This document shows, in pieces, positions 22,878-34,323 of a stretch of DNA of 64,000 bases. The notes beneath the pieces are model-generated. The model was not told the DNA's origin and searched no databases. It was given only the letters and a program-made list of their open reading frames with translations. A program made the translations under genes and the position numbers. This stretch comes from Penicillus capitatus (lineage: Eukaryota > Plantae > Chlorophyta): positions 62,001-126,000 of the forward strand of contig OZ287702.1 of NCBI GenBank assembly GCA_965649825.1, read 5' to 3'. Within the stretch, counting starts at the first letter, position 1, and each line of letters begins with the position of its first letter.

Positions 22878-23708
22878 TTAGAATCGTGGCTTTCTTTTAC
22901 GGGCTGTGAATTTTGTGTCAGCCGGGATCTCTTCATGACCCTTTGATCGTCTCCGTGCCTTTTTGCTGAGCACCCATTCTCGGCGCTTTTCGATTTTCTT
23001 GTTGTGTGACCGCGTCCGGCGATGTGACACATCGACGGTCACTCTTTCAGACATTGCATCCTCGTCATCGCCTTCTGGTAATGGTCCTGTGCCGACCATC
23101 AACACCAGATACGTCTTCCTCGCACGTGTGCTGTTTGGATAGTCCACCACCAATCCTCCAGTAAATCCAGCTTCCATCGCTGCTCTCGTTAGCATTTCGG
23201 ACTGTGCACTGTCTCGAGGATAAAACTGGAGCACGGCACGAGCATCTTTAGCGAGACATCGATAAAGCGTGCGAAAAAAGAGATGCAATCGCTTTCGAGG
23301 GTCGGCAGTCGATGTGTCCGCATTGCAGAGCCATTGAAGAGCAGAAATGCTGATGGCACCGTCAAATACCCCTGCACGAAACGGCACTCCTTCTCCCAGA
23401 TCGGAGAGACACAGGTGCCCCTCAACTTCGCGTTCTAGAGCCACGGAAAGCATCGCCTCGCTGATGTCCAGTCCCATCCAGAGATGGCCTTCCTCCTCCA
23501 AGATCTCTCCACTCAGTCCTGAGCCGCATCCCAAATCTAGCAGGAGCTTTGGAATGCCATCCTCTGGCAGGTGCAGCAATTCGACGGCGCGACGTGTCAG
23601 CTGTGTCTGGACTTCGATGATACGATTGTTGTTTGTATACTTGCGTGCCTCTGTGGCATTGTAAAAGATCTCTGGAGGACCTTGGAGCTCGGGACGATCT
23701 CCTCCCAT
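22878..23708 (-). CDS. BUD23: 18S rRNA (guanine-N7)-methyltransferase
   Basis: RPELQGPPEIFYNATEARKY, LLDLGCGSGLSGEIL, FDGAISISALQWLCNAD, GFTGGLVVDYPNSTRARKTYLVL and a C-terminal DTKFTARKRKPRF. Confidence 0.95.
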   Translation of the reverse strand: MGGDRPELQGPPEIFYNATEARKYTNNNRIIEVQTQLTRRAVELLHLPEDGIPKLLLDLGCGSGLSGEILEEEGHLWMGLDISEAMLSVALEREVEGHLCLSDLGEGVPFRAGVFDGAISISALQWLCNADTSTADPRKRLHLFFRTLYRCLAKDARAVLQFYPRDSAQSEMLTRAAMEAGFTGGLVVDYPNSTRARKTYLVLMVGTGPLPEGDDEDAMSERVTVDVSHRRTRSHNKKIEKRREWVLSKKARRRSKGHEEIPADTKFTARKRKPRF

Positions 23709-24565
23709 CTGCGCTGTATCCGCGTCAGCTACGTAATGTCTACTATTCCCGCCATTCAGCCAACGAGGCGACAGTCACATCACCGTCTGCTCCGCTGGAA
23801 GTTCGCGCCGCTGACGGTATTCCAGTTGGAAATGTGCTTCCCACTACCTTGTTGAACGACATGATGCGTTCGTTCGTTACTTAATCGCACCGACGACGGC
23901 CTTTGTACACCACACCTTACACATGGCTTCGGCACAGAGCTTTCTGCGGGTCACAGTCGACGAGACACATGTTGCCGACAACCGCTGCTCCGTTACGATC
24001 AACAAAGACGCGGACATGTCCGAAACAGAGGCAATATGAAGGACGTCGACTTTCGGAATCGAACCGTTCTTGCGAAGTGACGGTCGACCTCTTTGCATCG
24101 TTGATTCTGACGAAGACGAAAGGACGTTGGTTCTGGGCCAAGAGTGATATTCGCACATCATCGGCACCAGCGAATCAATTCCGCCTTCACATTCGGATAC
24201 TCAGGCGCCGACTGGTTAACCTCCCCGATGTGCTCCGCCGCGTCACGATTTCGTGCATCTGTACATACGGGGCGTTAAATCGTGACGGCGATGCAGCGAC
24301 GGTCGTCGCATAACGAAGGCCGGAACGAGTCGAAGTCGAAGTTGGCTAGCCATACCCACGGCTGCGGGTCTTTTCAAGACGATGGCCTCTCGGCGCCAGG
24401 TGTCCCAAACGAAGCGGATTTTCGGAATGAAGTTCTAGCTTCGGCGAATGTGACAGTGAAATGACGTGTTGTAAGAACATTCCTTCTATCCCGATTCGCG
24501 GTGTTTTCACCTTGCATTTCATTTTGTTCTCCGAGCGCGACATTCGACTGTCAGCGCACTAAATA

Positions 24566-25465
24566 ATGAAGACGATGGAATATGAAAAGAAACAGAGGCG
24601 GAACTTGATTCTCGACCTCGACGGGACGCTCATTGACGCACAGTCCCCTTGCGGAGCGAGTTCGGCTCTCGTGCTGGGTCGTGGTGCGCCCGCACACTGC
24701 TGCGACGCAAAATTCGGTCATTTACGCATCTTTAAGAGACCGGGTTTGGAGACTTTCCTCAGCTGGTGCTTCGAAAACTTCGATAACGTTGGTGAGTAGT
24801 CGCAAGATGGTCGACGTAACGTCGACGCGGCTCGGCGTGTGTTCAGGTATTTGGACGTTGTCATCGCGAGAGTGGCTTGAAGAAGTGCTTGACAATGTCT
24901 TACCGCAGTATCCAAGAGAGAAATGGAGTTTGTTATGGACCAGCGAACGCGCGACGCGGGTTCAGGGGAAACGACGTCTAGAGGCGGTTCCCATGGGAGA
25001 ACACTACGTCTTGAAAGATCTCAAGAAGATTTTCAGGAATAAAGTACGAATCGCCGCAACGAAGCACCGCCGTCACGATGATCGTATGGCGTGCCGTCGT
25101 AGGGTCTGCGTCAGAAAGGCTTCACGCGTTGGAATACACTAATTGTTGAAGATACACCGAGCAACTGCGATAGGAATTATGGCAATGCCATATACGTGAG
25201 TCCTTTTGACATTCTGGCCACGCAACGAGACAATGAGTTGCATCGCCTAAAGACCTATTTCCAGAAAAGACTACCTCTCTGCAGCAACGTCCGCAACATG
25301 GACAAAAGCACATGGCTCAGAGATGTCCTGACGGCGGAGGCAGAAGAAGAAAAAAGGACCATCGATTTGAAGAAATCGGACAAGGTCGCATTTTGGATGA
25401 CCGAAAACTGGAAACACCCTCCCAGTCTCCTCAACATTACATCGGCATGCGCATTCAGAATTTGA
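24566..25465 (+). CDS. FCP1/SCP-like (NIF) HAD phosphatase
   Basis: LILDLDGTLI (DxDxT), KRPGLETFLSWCFENF, LKDLKKIF and NTLIVEDTPSNCDRNYGNAIYV/SPF. Confidence 0.85.
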
Positions 25466-26108
25466 CAGGACAGATACTCGCACTCTGTGTTTTTGAATAT
25501 CATAGCCTAACTTCCTCGGATCAATCCGCAAGTACTACTCATGACATAAGTCGCATAGTATCCGACAAATAAAGTTGAATCTCACAGGATGATAAACTCA
25601 AGCGAGATGCCACAATGGTGCCTCTGTCGCACAGCAGCTTTTTATTCTTTTGGTCATGTATACCGCTACTTTGGTTTGATTGTTACTGTGTAGTCATGCA
25701 TGTTGCGTGTTAGCACTCCATTGTTTCATTTCAGCTGAGGTCGTGTGTTCTGTCGATCGATTAAAGTAATTGATTGATGGGAGACGCTCGACTGTTGTGC
25801 ACACCATTGGCTCCTCCGTTGATGAATATTGAATCCGTTCTCGCTTGAGACGCTGGAACTAAGCATAATGACCAAGGAATTTATCAACACTATTAACAAC
25901 ATGAGACGATGCGGCCAAACATATGGAGTTTTGATGAAAAGATGAACTTTAGATGGTTGTTCTCTTTCCAAGGATTGCCTCTTGCTGGGCAGGACTCTGC
26001 TCCCAATGCTCCAATTGACAGACAGGAATGGGGGCCAGTGCATGAATGTGTCAATTGTCGCATCCGAACCGGTGGGTGACGTTGTTTCGGCCGCAGAAGA
26101 CTTTGTGC

Positions 26109-27128
26109 ATGTATAACACACTGACACTTCGCCCGTCTCTGACGACGACGCGAACACGCGGCACTCGGCGACCACTGCGTGCGGCTCTTTCACCGACGCC
26201 GCTATTACGCCTGGAACGCGACGCATCTGGTGTGGAACGTGTGGCGTATGAGGAATCGGGATGGCATGTGTGGAACTGGCGTGGCATCGACGTTAACTAC
26301 ATCACTTACGGCGCATCCGGACCACCGATTCTCTTGATTCACGGCTTCGGCGCTTCCGCTTACCAATGGCGCTACAACATCCCAAAACTCGCTCAGAATC
26401 ATCGCGTCTACGCCATGGACCTTATCGGCTTTGGTAAGAGTGAGAAACGTGTGATGGATTACTCGGGTGGTCACATCTGGTCGGATCAGATCGCCGATTT
26501 TATTAAGGAATTCGTTGGCGAGGAGGGAGCCTATGTGGCAGGCAACAGTCTGGGCGGCTTCGCTGCTCTGGCAACAGCTGCTCGTCATCCCGAAGTGATC
26601 AAAGGTCTGATTGGACTGAACATCGCCGGGACCTTTTCGCAAGACATCGATCTCATGCCCGATACAAAACCTCCCGAGAGCGATCTCTTTGCCAAGTGGT
26701 CACATCAAATTGGCACGTGGTTTCGTCGCCTCGTTATTATTTATACATTCTACGCCACAAGGAGCCGCATTCGTAAGATTCTTCTCAATGTGTATCACGA
26801 CAAAAACAATGTCGATGATGATTTGGTGCGTTCGATCGAAGCCCCAGCCGAAGACCCAGTTGCGCTAGAAGTGTATTATCGACTGATTCAAGGGACATTG
26901 TCGAAAAGAGCGACCATTGATGAACTGCTGAATCTCATCGACATTCCGTTGCTCCTGTTGTGGGGGATGAAAGATCCGTGGATGACCCCTCAGAAAGCAG
27001 AGCGCATTGTTGCAGCGTATGACCGGGCAGAGCTGATCCCTCTAGAAGCTGGACACTGCGTCCAAGACGAATGCCCAGAGATCGTAAATGAAAATCTGGT
27101 GAATTGGATTCAGCGTTACGAAAACTGA
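26109..27128 (+). CDS. Alpha/beta hydrolase (pheophytinase-like family), probably plastid-targeted, intronless
   Basis: Transit-like N-terminus, PILLIHGFGASAYQWRYNI, AGNSLGG nucleophile elbow, LLLLWGMKDPW and AGHCVQDE. Confidence 0.9.
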   Translation: MYNTLTLRPSLTTTRTRGTRRPLRAALSPTPLLRLERDASGVERVAYEESGWHVWNWRGIDVNYITYGASGPPILLIHGFGASAYQWRYNIPKLAQNHRVYAMDLIGFGKSEKRVMDYSGGHIWSDQIADFIKEFVGEEGAYVAGNSLGGFAALATAARHPEVIKGLIGLNIAGTFSQDIDLMPDTKPPESDLFAKWSHQIGTWFRRLVIIYTFYATRSRIRKILLNVYHDKNNVDDDLVRSIEAPAEDPVALEVYYRLIQGTLSKRATIDELLNLIDIPLLLLWGMKDPWMTPQKAERIVAAYDRAELIPLEAGHCVQDECPEIVNENLVNWIQRYEN

Positions 27129-27173
27129 AAAAACGCTTAAGATTCGGTATTATCATTTTTTGGCGGCCGTGCT

Positions 27174-27875
27174 TTACAGCTTGGTAGCCTGTGACAACGA
27201 TTGTGTAACAAAGTTGACCAGTGTGTTCTTTTTTTCTCCGTCGAGCTTTGGAATGACATGAGAGCCGGAGTGTTCCAAAACGATGGGACTGGCAAAGTAA
27301 TCGACGACTTTGCGACTGTAAGGCGTGACCTCATCTTGCTCTCCCATGATATGCAACGAAGGACAGTAAATGCTATCTCTGTATGCCGCTTGGAGATCGG
27401 GATCTCTGAAAAATACATCCATCCATGTCACAACCAAAGCACAACGGCATTCACACCTTGTTGGAAAGCCGCCAATGATGATGGCAAATTTGAAGGCGGG
27501 TAAATCCTGTAGATGTAGTCCTTGCTGCCGCATACCAGCCAGCAGAACCGCGCAGCATGCGCCTTGGGAGAATCCCAGGATGCCATCGAAAGGCCCTTCT
27601 TCTTTCATGAACTGCTCGACGTGAGTAACCGTTGCCTGCCAACCCCGGTAGTGCATCTTTCCGTCTTCTGCCTTATTTGCCTTCCACCAGGAGTGATAAG
27701 GCCCTTTGAAATAATCAGGCACGCGGTCAGGTCGTTCGACCGTGTGTGGGCCATCGAGTGTCTGTATCTGTACCCTGTCGTTCAGGATTGATCTTAACGT
27801 CGATTTTTCCAGTTGCATATCGAGAAAAGCGGCGTTGGTGCCGAAGCCATGTAAGGCCAATATTTTCGCGGACAT
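27174..27875 (-). CDS. FSH1/OVCA2-family serine hydrolase
   Basis: KILALHGFGTN, PFDGILGFSQGA, SLHIMGEQD and EHSGSHVIP. Confidence 0.9.
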   Translation of the reverse strand: MSAKILALHGFGTNAAFLDMQLEKSTLRSILNDRVQIQTLDGPHTVERPDRVPDYFKGPYHSWWKANKAEDGKMHYRGWQATVTHVEQFMKEEGPFDGILGFSQGACCAVLLAGMRQQGLHLQDLPAFKFAIIIGGFPTRCECRCALVVTWMDVFFRDPDLQAAYRDSIYCPSLHIMGEQDEVTPYSRKVVDYFASPIVLEHSGSHVIPKLDGEKKNTLVNFVTQSLSQATKL

Positions 27876-27895
27876 GATGACTGACGTTCATCTCC

Positions 27896-29665
27896 ATGCT
27901 GCTACAAATTCGACGTCCGTTTCGATGTCCTCACTGTCCCACTCTCCTTCCTTCGCCACCCGTCGGTTCACTCGTGAAGGGACGCCAGTTAGTCCATGAT
28001 CGGTGTGGTGCACATCGGGGTTACCGATCTGTTCGATGCCTGCGTGCGGTCAACGATGATGACGTCGATCTCAAACGACTCCTCGCCGCGTTTACTTTTG
28101 AGGAGCAGCGAGGTTACACAAATGCCGAAGTGCTTCTCACGTCATCCATCGAGGCGCTATGAGACGAAGTGTATTGAACCCAGGGCAGACGTGAAGTGTT
28201 CTCAACATTTGCATCGCGTTCCGTGAAATCGTTGGAAGATATTCCGGCGAAGCTCCGTCGACAGCACCGTCAGATTTCGATTGCTCTCGAACACTATGCA
28301 TCGTTGGATCACAAGACCCGAATGGCGACCGTCCATTCTGGCAGAGATCTGGTGACGGAGCTGGAATCGTGGTCATCCGTCAACCAGATATCTCCCCATG
28401 CCCAGGCCACATTTTCTCAAAGAGGTAATCCGTCTTGAGGCATCGGGATGCTGACTGCGATCGCCTCAGGTGGTGTTCTCTCGTTTAGAGATAACATTCG
28501 ATGGGTAGGTACCCCTCCAGAAAGGTGCGTTCGCTGTTGAAACAGGCATTGGAATGCAGGTATCCTTAGACGAGAGGACGTCGGAAGTGCCAGATAAGGA
28601 GTCAGCTTTGAAGCAACAGTGAGAACTGGACATTCTATACGCAAGCCAAGAAGGAAGGTGTTGTTTTTGGCACAGGGAAGCGTCAAAGCGAGAGATATCA
28701 CGCGCATCTTTTGCCGAGAGCGCATCCAGTAATGTGCAAAATGAAGAGATGAGTGAAGAGGAGCTCGCAGAGATGGAACAGGGATCAGATGCGTGGATGG
28801 CGTTTCGCAAATCTCGCCTCACTGCGAGTTTCGTCTCCAACATCTTGGGAATGTTTGGCAGCAGGAAGCAGTGCATCCGTGATGCCTGGCTCGAGAAGAT
28901 CGGACTGAAGAAGCCTTTTGAAGGTAGCTGATGTGACAGCGACACCCCCATTCAGCAGACTGCCCATCAGGGAATGCTTTGACAAGGTGGGGAAACGCAA
29001 AAGAGAGAACAGCACTGGACATGTATCGAGCGATATCTGGCCATCATGTCGAGAAACATGGGTTTGCTTTGATGGGTCCGCACGCAGCAGAGACATGGAT
29101 AGGTGGATCACCTGACGGGATCATCAAACTCAACGACCCGTCCAGTACAACACAGATGCCATCCACAGAGGCGCAGCATATCCTCACGCCTTGTTCGTCG
29201 ACGGGATTGTTGGAGATTAAGTGCCCAGCGAAAAATGGAAGTGGAGACCCGCAAAATGCCATGCTCTATGATAGTCTGCCTTTCTATTACGTCCCACAGG
29301 TTTCGATGGATGATCGAGTGCGACGGCAATGGTGGTGGTGTCTTCTCTAGGTGCAGTGTTTGATGGAACTGCTGGATCTCGAATGGACACATCTTTATGT
29401 TTGGACAGCCAAGAATGGCTCCAGGATTTTTTTCATGCCGCGTGACAAGCAGTATTTTCTCGCCCTCTATCACTACATGGCCACTTTTTGGTGGAACCAC
29501 GTCATTCCTGCCAAAAGCAGCTTGGAAAACGCAAATGGTGAAGCAGATTACATGCAATATGCGCCGAATGATCTTGACCCCACACATCTGATACAGGAAA
29601 GTCGACAGTTGGCTGCAAAGGCGCCACAGTTAACCTTTGATTCCATGGGCCAATGCATACCATAG
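27896..29665 (+). CDS. Transit peptide plus cyanobacterial RecG-N-like domain plus YqaJ/lambda-exonuclease domain
   Basis: YqaJ motifs: EQGSDAWMAFRKSRLTAS, WGNAKE, IGGSPDGII, LEIKCP and YYVPQV/QCLM. Upstream exons encode DLKRLLAAFTFEEQRGYTNAE/GRREVFSTF...HYASLDHKTRM. All exons can be joined in frame with GT-AG introns. Confidence 0.75.
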
Positions 29666-29692
29666 CTGCTGCCTTTAATAATGAAACTCTCT

Positions 29693-30136
29693 TTAAGAGG
29701 CGAGAGCGTTTATCAATTCTTCATGGTGCTTGTTGACGACGAGATCGACAACGGGATGCAAATCGGGAACGCTCGAGATGTTACCCAGGCTAAACCAACG
29801 ATACTCCACATGTTCATCGTTGAGAATTGGCACGAAATTTTTCTTGTCTTCAGGCGAAATCTCGACGACGAAAACCGTAAAGAGTTTGTCGAGTCTTTTT
29901 CCACGGATCGTTCGGATTTCGCCTTTGACGGTATAGTTGGGCATGTCTTGTCCGAGTTCCTCTCTCGCTTCTCTCAACGCTCCCTCAATGGCTTCCTCAT
30001 TTTCTTCGAGGTTTCCGCCGGGTATTCCCCACGTGAAGGGATTTCCTGAGTCTTCTCCACGCAACAGCAGGAGCACTTCGCCGTCGGAGACAGTGAAGAA
30101 GCCGGCACCTATTTTAGAGTACTGATCCGACGACAT
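29693..30136 (-). CDS. NUDIX hydrolase, intronless
   Basis: Nudix box WGIPGGNLEENEEAIEGALREAREELG, and LNDEHVEYRWF. Confidence 0.9.
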   Translation of the reverse strand: MSSDQYSKIGAGFFTVSDGEVLLLLRGEDSGNPFTWGIPGGNLEENEEAIEGALREAREELGQDMPNYTVKGEIRTIRGKRLDKLFTVFVVEISPEDKKNFVPILNDEHVEYRWFSLGNISSVPDLHPVVDLVVNKHHEELINALAS

Positions 30137-31157
30137 AGCCCAAACCTATGCGAAGCAAATGACAGACGCCAGGTATCAAAGCGCAAACGCTGTACGAGCA
30201 GTGACGAAAAATTTAGAGACAGGGAGATATCTGCAACGACTGAAGATGAGAAAGAATCTCTAGCTAGGTGATGTCTATGGCAGAGGCCAAGAGGCAGAGT
30301 AAGGTCAGCAGCACCATCTGCTCAAACGATGGATAACTAGAGTCGTTTCGGCTGAGAATCTCCATCATGATACTCGCGGTTTTTATGTTGTTGCCAAAAG
30401 AGGGCCTTTCAGCCGTTCATGTCGAGATGCAAGACTGTCGCTCGAAGTATTACAGCATTAGTGATTTCGTGATCACGTCACATCGGCACGAAATCAAGAA
30501 GTGTTTGCAGACAAATTTGGACGGACAGCTGTGGGTAATAGGAAACTCGCCTTTGTACCGAAACGGCTATGATGCTCTACAAGATAGGAGTTCTCAAGAA
30601 GATAAGCGAATTACAGGGTGTCAACAAGGATGCGTTTGCGTAAGGAAATCGCTGCCTGTTCGACAACGTGCGTCGATTAGCCGATTTCTATTGGCGTCAC
30701 CGAAACGCCCAGCTCGATTTGGTTACGAGACTTGTTTCTTTGTTTGCTGTGCCACTGCTGGCGACGTCAACGCGGGGAAAATTGCAGAAAGCGAGTCGCT
30801 GGCCGCCGATCAATGCTCTGTGCAAATGCGCCCAAAACGTGACGTATTCACGCAACACACTGTATTTTCTTCTAGGTCATCGTCAAATAGAGTCTTCTAA
30901 TGCCACGCCCAAACGACGCAAGGAAGTTCTCCGACTGTCCTGCGAGAGATTCGGTTTTCAGGCAATGCCGGGAATCTCCATCAACATACGTGCGTGAAAA
31001 TTCGTTTTCGCAGCTGATCGATCGAACGCGTTTCGATTTGCATCTCTCTCCTTACGTCAGAAACGCATTGCATCGAATTCAACGCCGAGAGTGTATCTTC
31101 TAAGTCGCATCAATGTAGCATCACTTTTTCACGTCGTTTCGGCATTGCATGTCTGAG

Positions 31158-31992
31158 ATGTTGATTCGAGTGCCGTCGATGGCGCGCAAAGCATTCCTCA
31201 CAGGCACGGCACCGCGGCTCTCTCTACGAACTGCAGACGTCAAGATGGTTTATATCGCACACGCTTAGCAACAACGTCTGCGATCTGTAGGCTCGAGTCA
31301 AGAGACTGAATTGGCCAGTACGTGCTCTTCTCGTGCGTCCCTATACAACGCGGAAGGGAGACACGATCAACACCATAGCAAAAAAACGAGGCAAGCACAT
31401 TTCAGGACACGTTATCTCAGTCATCGTCGCTATACAGGCTTCGCTGTCGATGAGCTCATCAGATTGAACCATCAGACCGATGTGACTGTCTTGGAAGAGG
31501 GCACGACGCTTCTCCTTCCAGCAGAGAAGCTCTCGGAGAGGGATCGGGAAATTCTTGACGGAATTGGAAGCAACTACAGAACCTATCCCGTTCGACAAGG
31601 GGAGAGCATTGCAGACATCGTCACCAAACGCGGCATCGCCATGGAGGAGCTTGTGAAGCTCAATCCCGACATCGATTTACGAGATGCTCAAGGTGAGCAC
31701 ATCTTGACTGACAGATCCAACGGTGGTTGACCGTCTCTTGTCAGCAAACACAGTTCTAAAGCTGCCTGTTGGAAAGTACACGACCCGTGAGAAAGAGATG
31801 TTGATCGGCGTTTCGAAAGTTCCAGTCGAGTTCTTCCAAAGCAAGGGCTTCGTTGCTTCCTCCTCTGTCATAGGTGAATCGATCCCTCTCTGCAAATGTA
31901 TCTATCCGTCATCATTGAGATGTTTATTAGGTGTTGCTGTCTTGATGAGTCTATATCTGTGGTGGCGAAGTGGTCGAAACCGAAAGGATTGA
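31158..31992 (+). CDS. Two-LysM-domain protein with N-terminal transit-like peptide and C-terminal TM helix
   Basis: RPYTTRKGDTINTIAKKR/GFAVDELIRLN and RTYPVRQGESIADIVTKRGIAMEELVKLNPDI, ending GVAVLMSLYLWWRSGRNRKD. Confidence 0.8.
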
Positions 31993-32544
31993 TGGTGTCC
32001 ACGAATGACACGAGAAAACGGTTGTTCGACTGTAAGTACTGTATACGTAAACGATTGCCATTTCTTCTGCGATCAATGCCTTTGTGGTTTAACAAACCTC
32101 CCTATTGTGAAAAGACATCTACCTACCGTGGAAGTCTTGGTTGGAGCAGATCGTCAGAGAATGTCTCGGGAAACTCAATGACTGCTGCCTGATGCATACC
32201 CAATTCTGCAGTCCATAATGATAGATGTGAGAGGCATCCGCGAGACAAGTTCGATGGATCTCCGCCGCGAAGCTTTTTTCCATCGCATCTTCTCAGAAGC
32301 GTCGCTCGTCGAGAAAGGATCGATCGTCTTCATTGATGGAGTTCGTGCAACCAACTCATGCACCTTTCGTGTACGAGTTGTTTGCGAGTGTCTGTGTCGA
32401 GTATTCTAGCGGCGTGGATAGGTCAATGTTCGCGTCCCTTTATCTTCAGTTGAACGATGCCGGGATGCGCGGAAAGGTTACGTCAATAGTATACACCAAC
32501 CATCGTGAATTTCCCATTTCCGTCATTTGTCTGTTTCCCCACAG

Positions 32545-33570
32545 ATGCCGTTCGACGAAGACATCGCCTTAGAAATCGACGCTTTGCGTTCGGTCTATGA
32601 TGACCGAGAACTGTACATTAACCAAACGCCCTCGTTGGAGGTCGAATTCATCGCGAATCCCCATATCGCTCTCGGCAACGAAAAATCATTCGTCCAAGCA
32701 ACGTTGCATTTTCGCATCCCCGATGGCTATCCTTCCATTCCACCTAAGATAGAGATACCTTCCACTCGTGGATTGGGAGAAGAACGCAAACAGCGTCTGC
32801 TCAAGTCTCTTTCCGAAAATGCAGCAGAATTCTGTGGAGATACATCTATCCTGACTCTATGCGAAACGGCAAGAGATCTTCTCGATGATATCAACCTTCC
32901 TGAAGGCAAGGGATTCGACCAAGGGTCCTGCAAGGGATCAGCCGTTTCTGTTATGCTTAGGGAACTGTGCTATTTGTCTAGAGAGCTTAATGCCATCAAC
33001 AGAATGCCTTGATGATGTCGTCCTCTGTCCATGTTACCATTCTTTTCACAAGTGCGTCATCATTAGATAGAGATCCAACAGGGGATACCTCTGCAGGTGG
33101 TGCTTTCTTGAGTGGTGGAATGCTGGACAGCTCGATTTGAAAATGGAAGAGCAGGAACGCATTCAGAAGAACGGAACTGGCTGTCTCAAAATGGTAGGCG
33201 ATGCAGTCCATCGAAGCGCACCGATGGTGTTCTTGTTTGACAGCCATTGCCGAAGAAACACAACGGATCTTATGTCCTGCATTGCCCAATCTGTCGGGCG
33301 GAGGTGACCAATGAAGACGAGGCAGTGCTCGATGCCCTTCGCGACTGTCCACACTTGGATGCGTCGCCGTGGCAAGGAACGGGCAACGAATGCTTGGACG
33401 AGATTCTGACGCCGCAAGAGCTCGGATACGTCCGGCGTTTTCAGGAGAGATGGCAGATGCCATTTCGTTCTCAGATGCAACGAGGGGCTTTCTTTCCCGA
33501 CAGTCCTTTTGTGCTTTCGCTTTCCGCACACACAGAAGCGTCTCCAACAGAAAACGAAGAGTTTAGATAA
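32545..33570 (+). CDS. RNF25: RWD plus RING E3 ligase, RNF25-like
   Basis: EIDALRSVY...GYPSIPPKIEI (RWD), then G/NCAICLESL...CPCYHSFH...CF...W...CPICR (RING). Confidence 0.8.
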
Positions 33571-33607
33571 CAAAGGCATTCATGTGCACTTCACTGTAAA
33601 AGAAGAT

Positions 33608-34300
33608 ATGGAGGTGAATAGACGTCGCCCGCTTCTCATTCTGTTGAAGGGTCACCCCTGCTGCGGCAAATCCACCCTCGCGCGGGAACTCTGTCGCTTT
33701 CTGCGGTGCGCCTTGATCGATAAAGACGATGCCAAGAGCGTTTTATGCGATACCCTTGGCGGCGTTGTCGATGAGAGTCGTCTGAACGACGTCTCCTACA
33801 GCATTCTATTTCGAAGTGTCCAGACGCAGCTCGAGGCAGGACTCGATTGCATTGTCGACTCGCCTCTTGCTCGAAGGGCCCATTACGAAAGACTCGTCCA
33901 AATCTGCCACAAGGTTGGCCGCCGCCAACACGCCGATTGCGGTGTATGCGCTCTTCTTAGGTTTCTGGCAAAGTGGCTCTGATTGAGTGCATTGCAAAGG
34001 ACGAGACGATCTGGAAGACGCGCGTGGAAGAGCGTTCGAAGCGACTGGCTGGGACGGCAGATCATCACAAAGCTTTTACATGGACGCAACTGCAGAACTT
34101 GATTGCAGCGTAGGCGACTGTACTAAGAAGAGGCGTGAGAATTGAAGAGGTACTGGTTTAGATATCAAGACTGTTGGAAATGGAGTGAGAACATCATCAA
34201 GCGAGATCTGGCATACCATACGAATGTCGATACCACTTCCATGAGTACAACACTGTATAAAGATATTGGAGGAGAACTACACAAAGTGGCCGAACAATGA
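33608..34300 (+). CDS. P-loop kinase-like protein (AAA_33 type)
   Basis: Walker A LILLKGHPCCGKSTLAREL, LIDKDD and CIVDSPL. Confidence 0.8.
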
Positions 34301-34323
34301 AAAAATTATTGCACAGAAAGGAG

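Noticed and set aside
23877-24543. Small minus-strand exon-like pieces upstream of BUD23
   Set aside because: No coherent or recognisable protein could be assembled.
30367-30900. 177-aa plus-strand ORF
   Set aside because: It has no motif or convincing splice context, so it cannot be supported as a gene.
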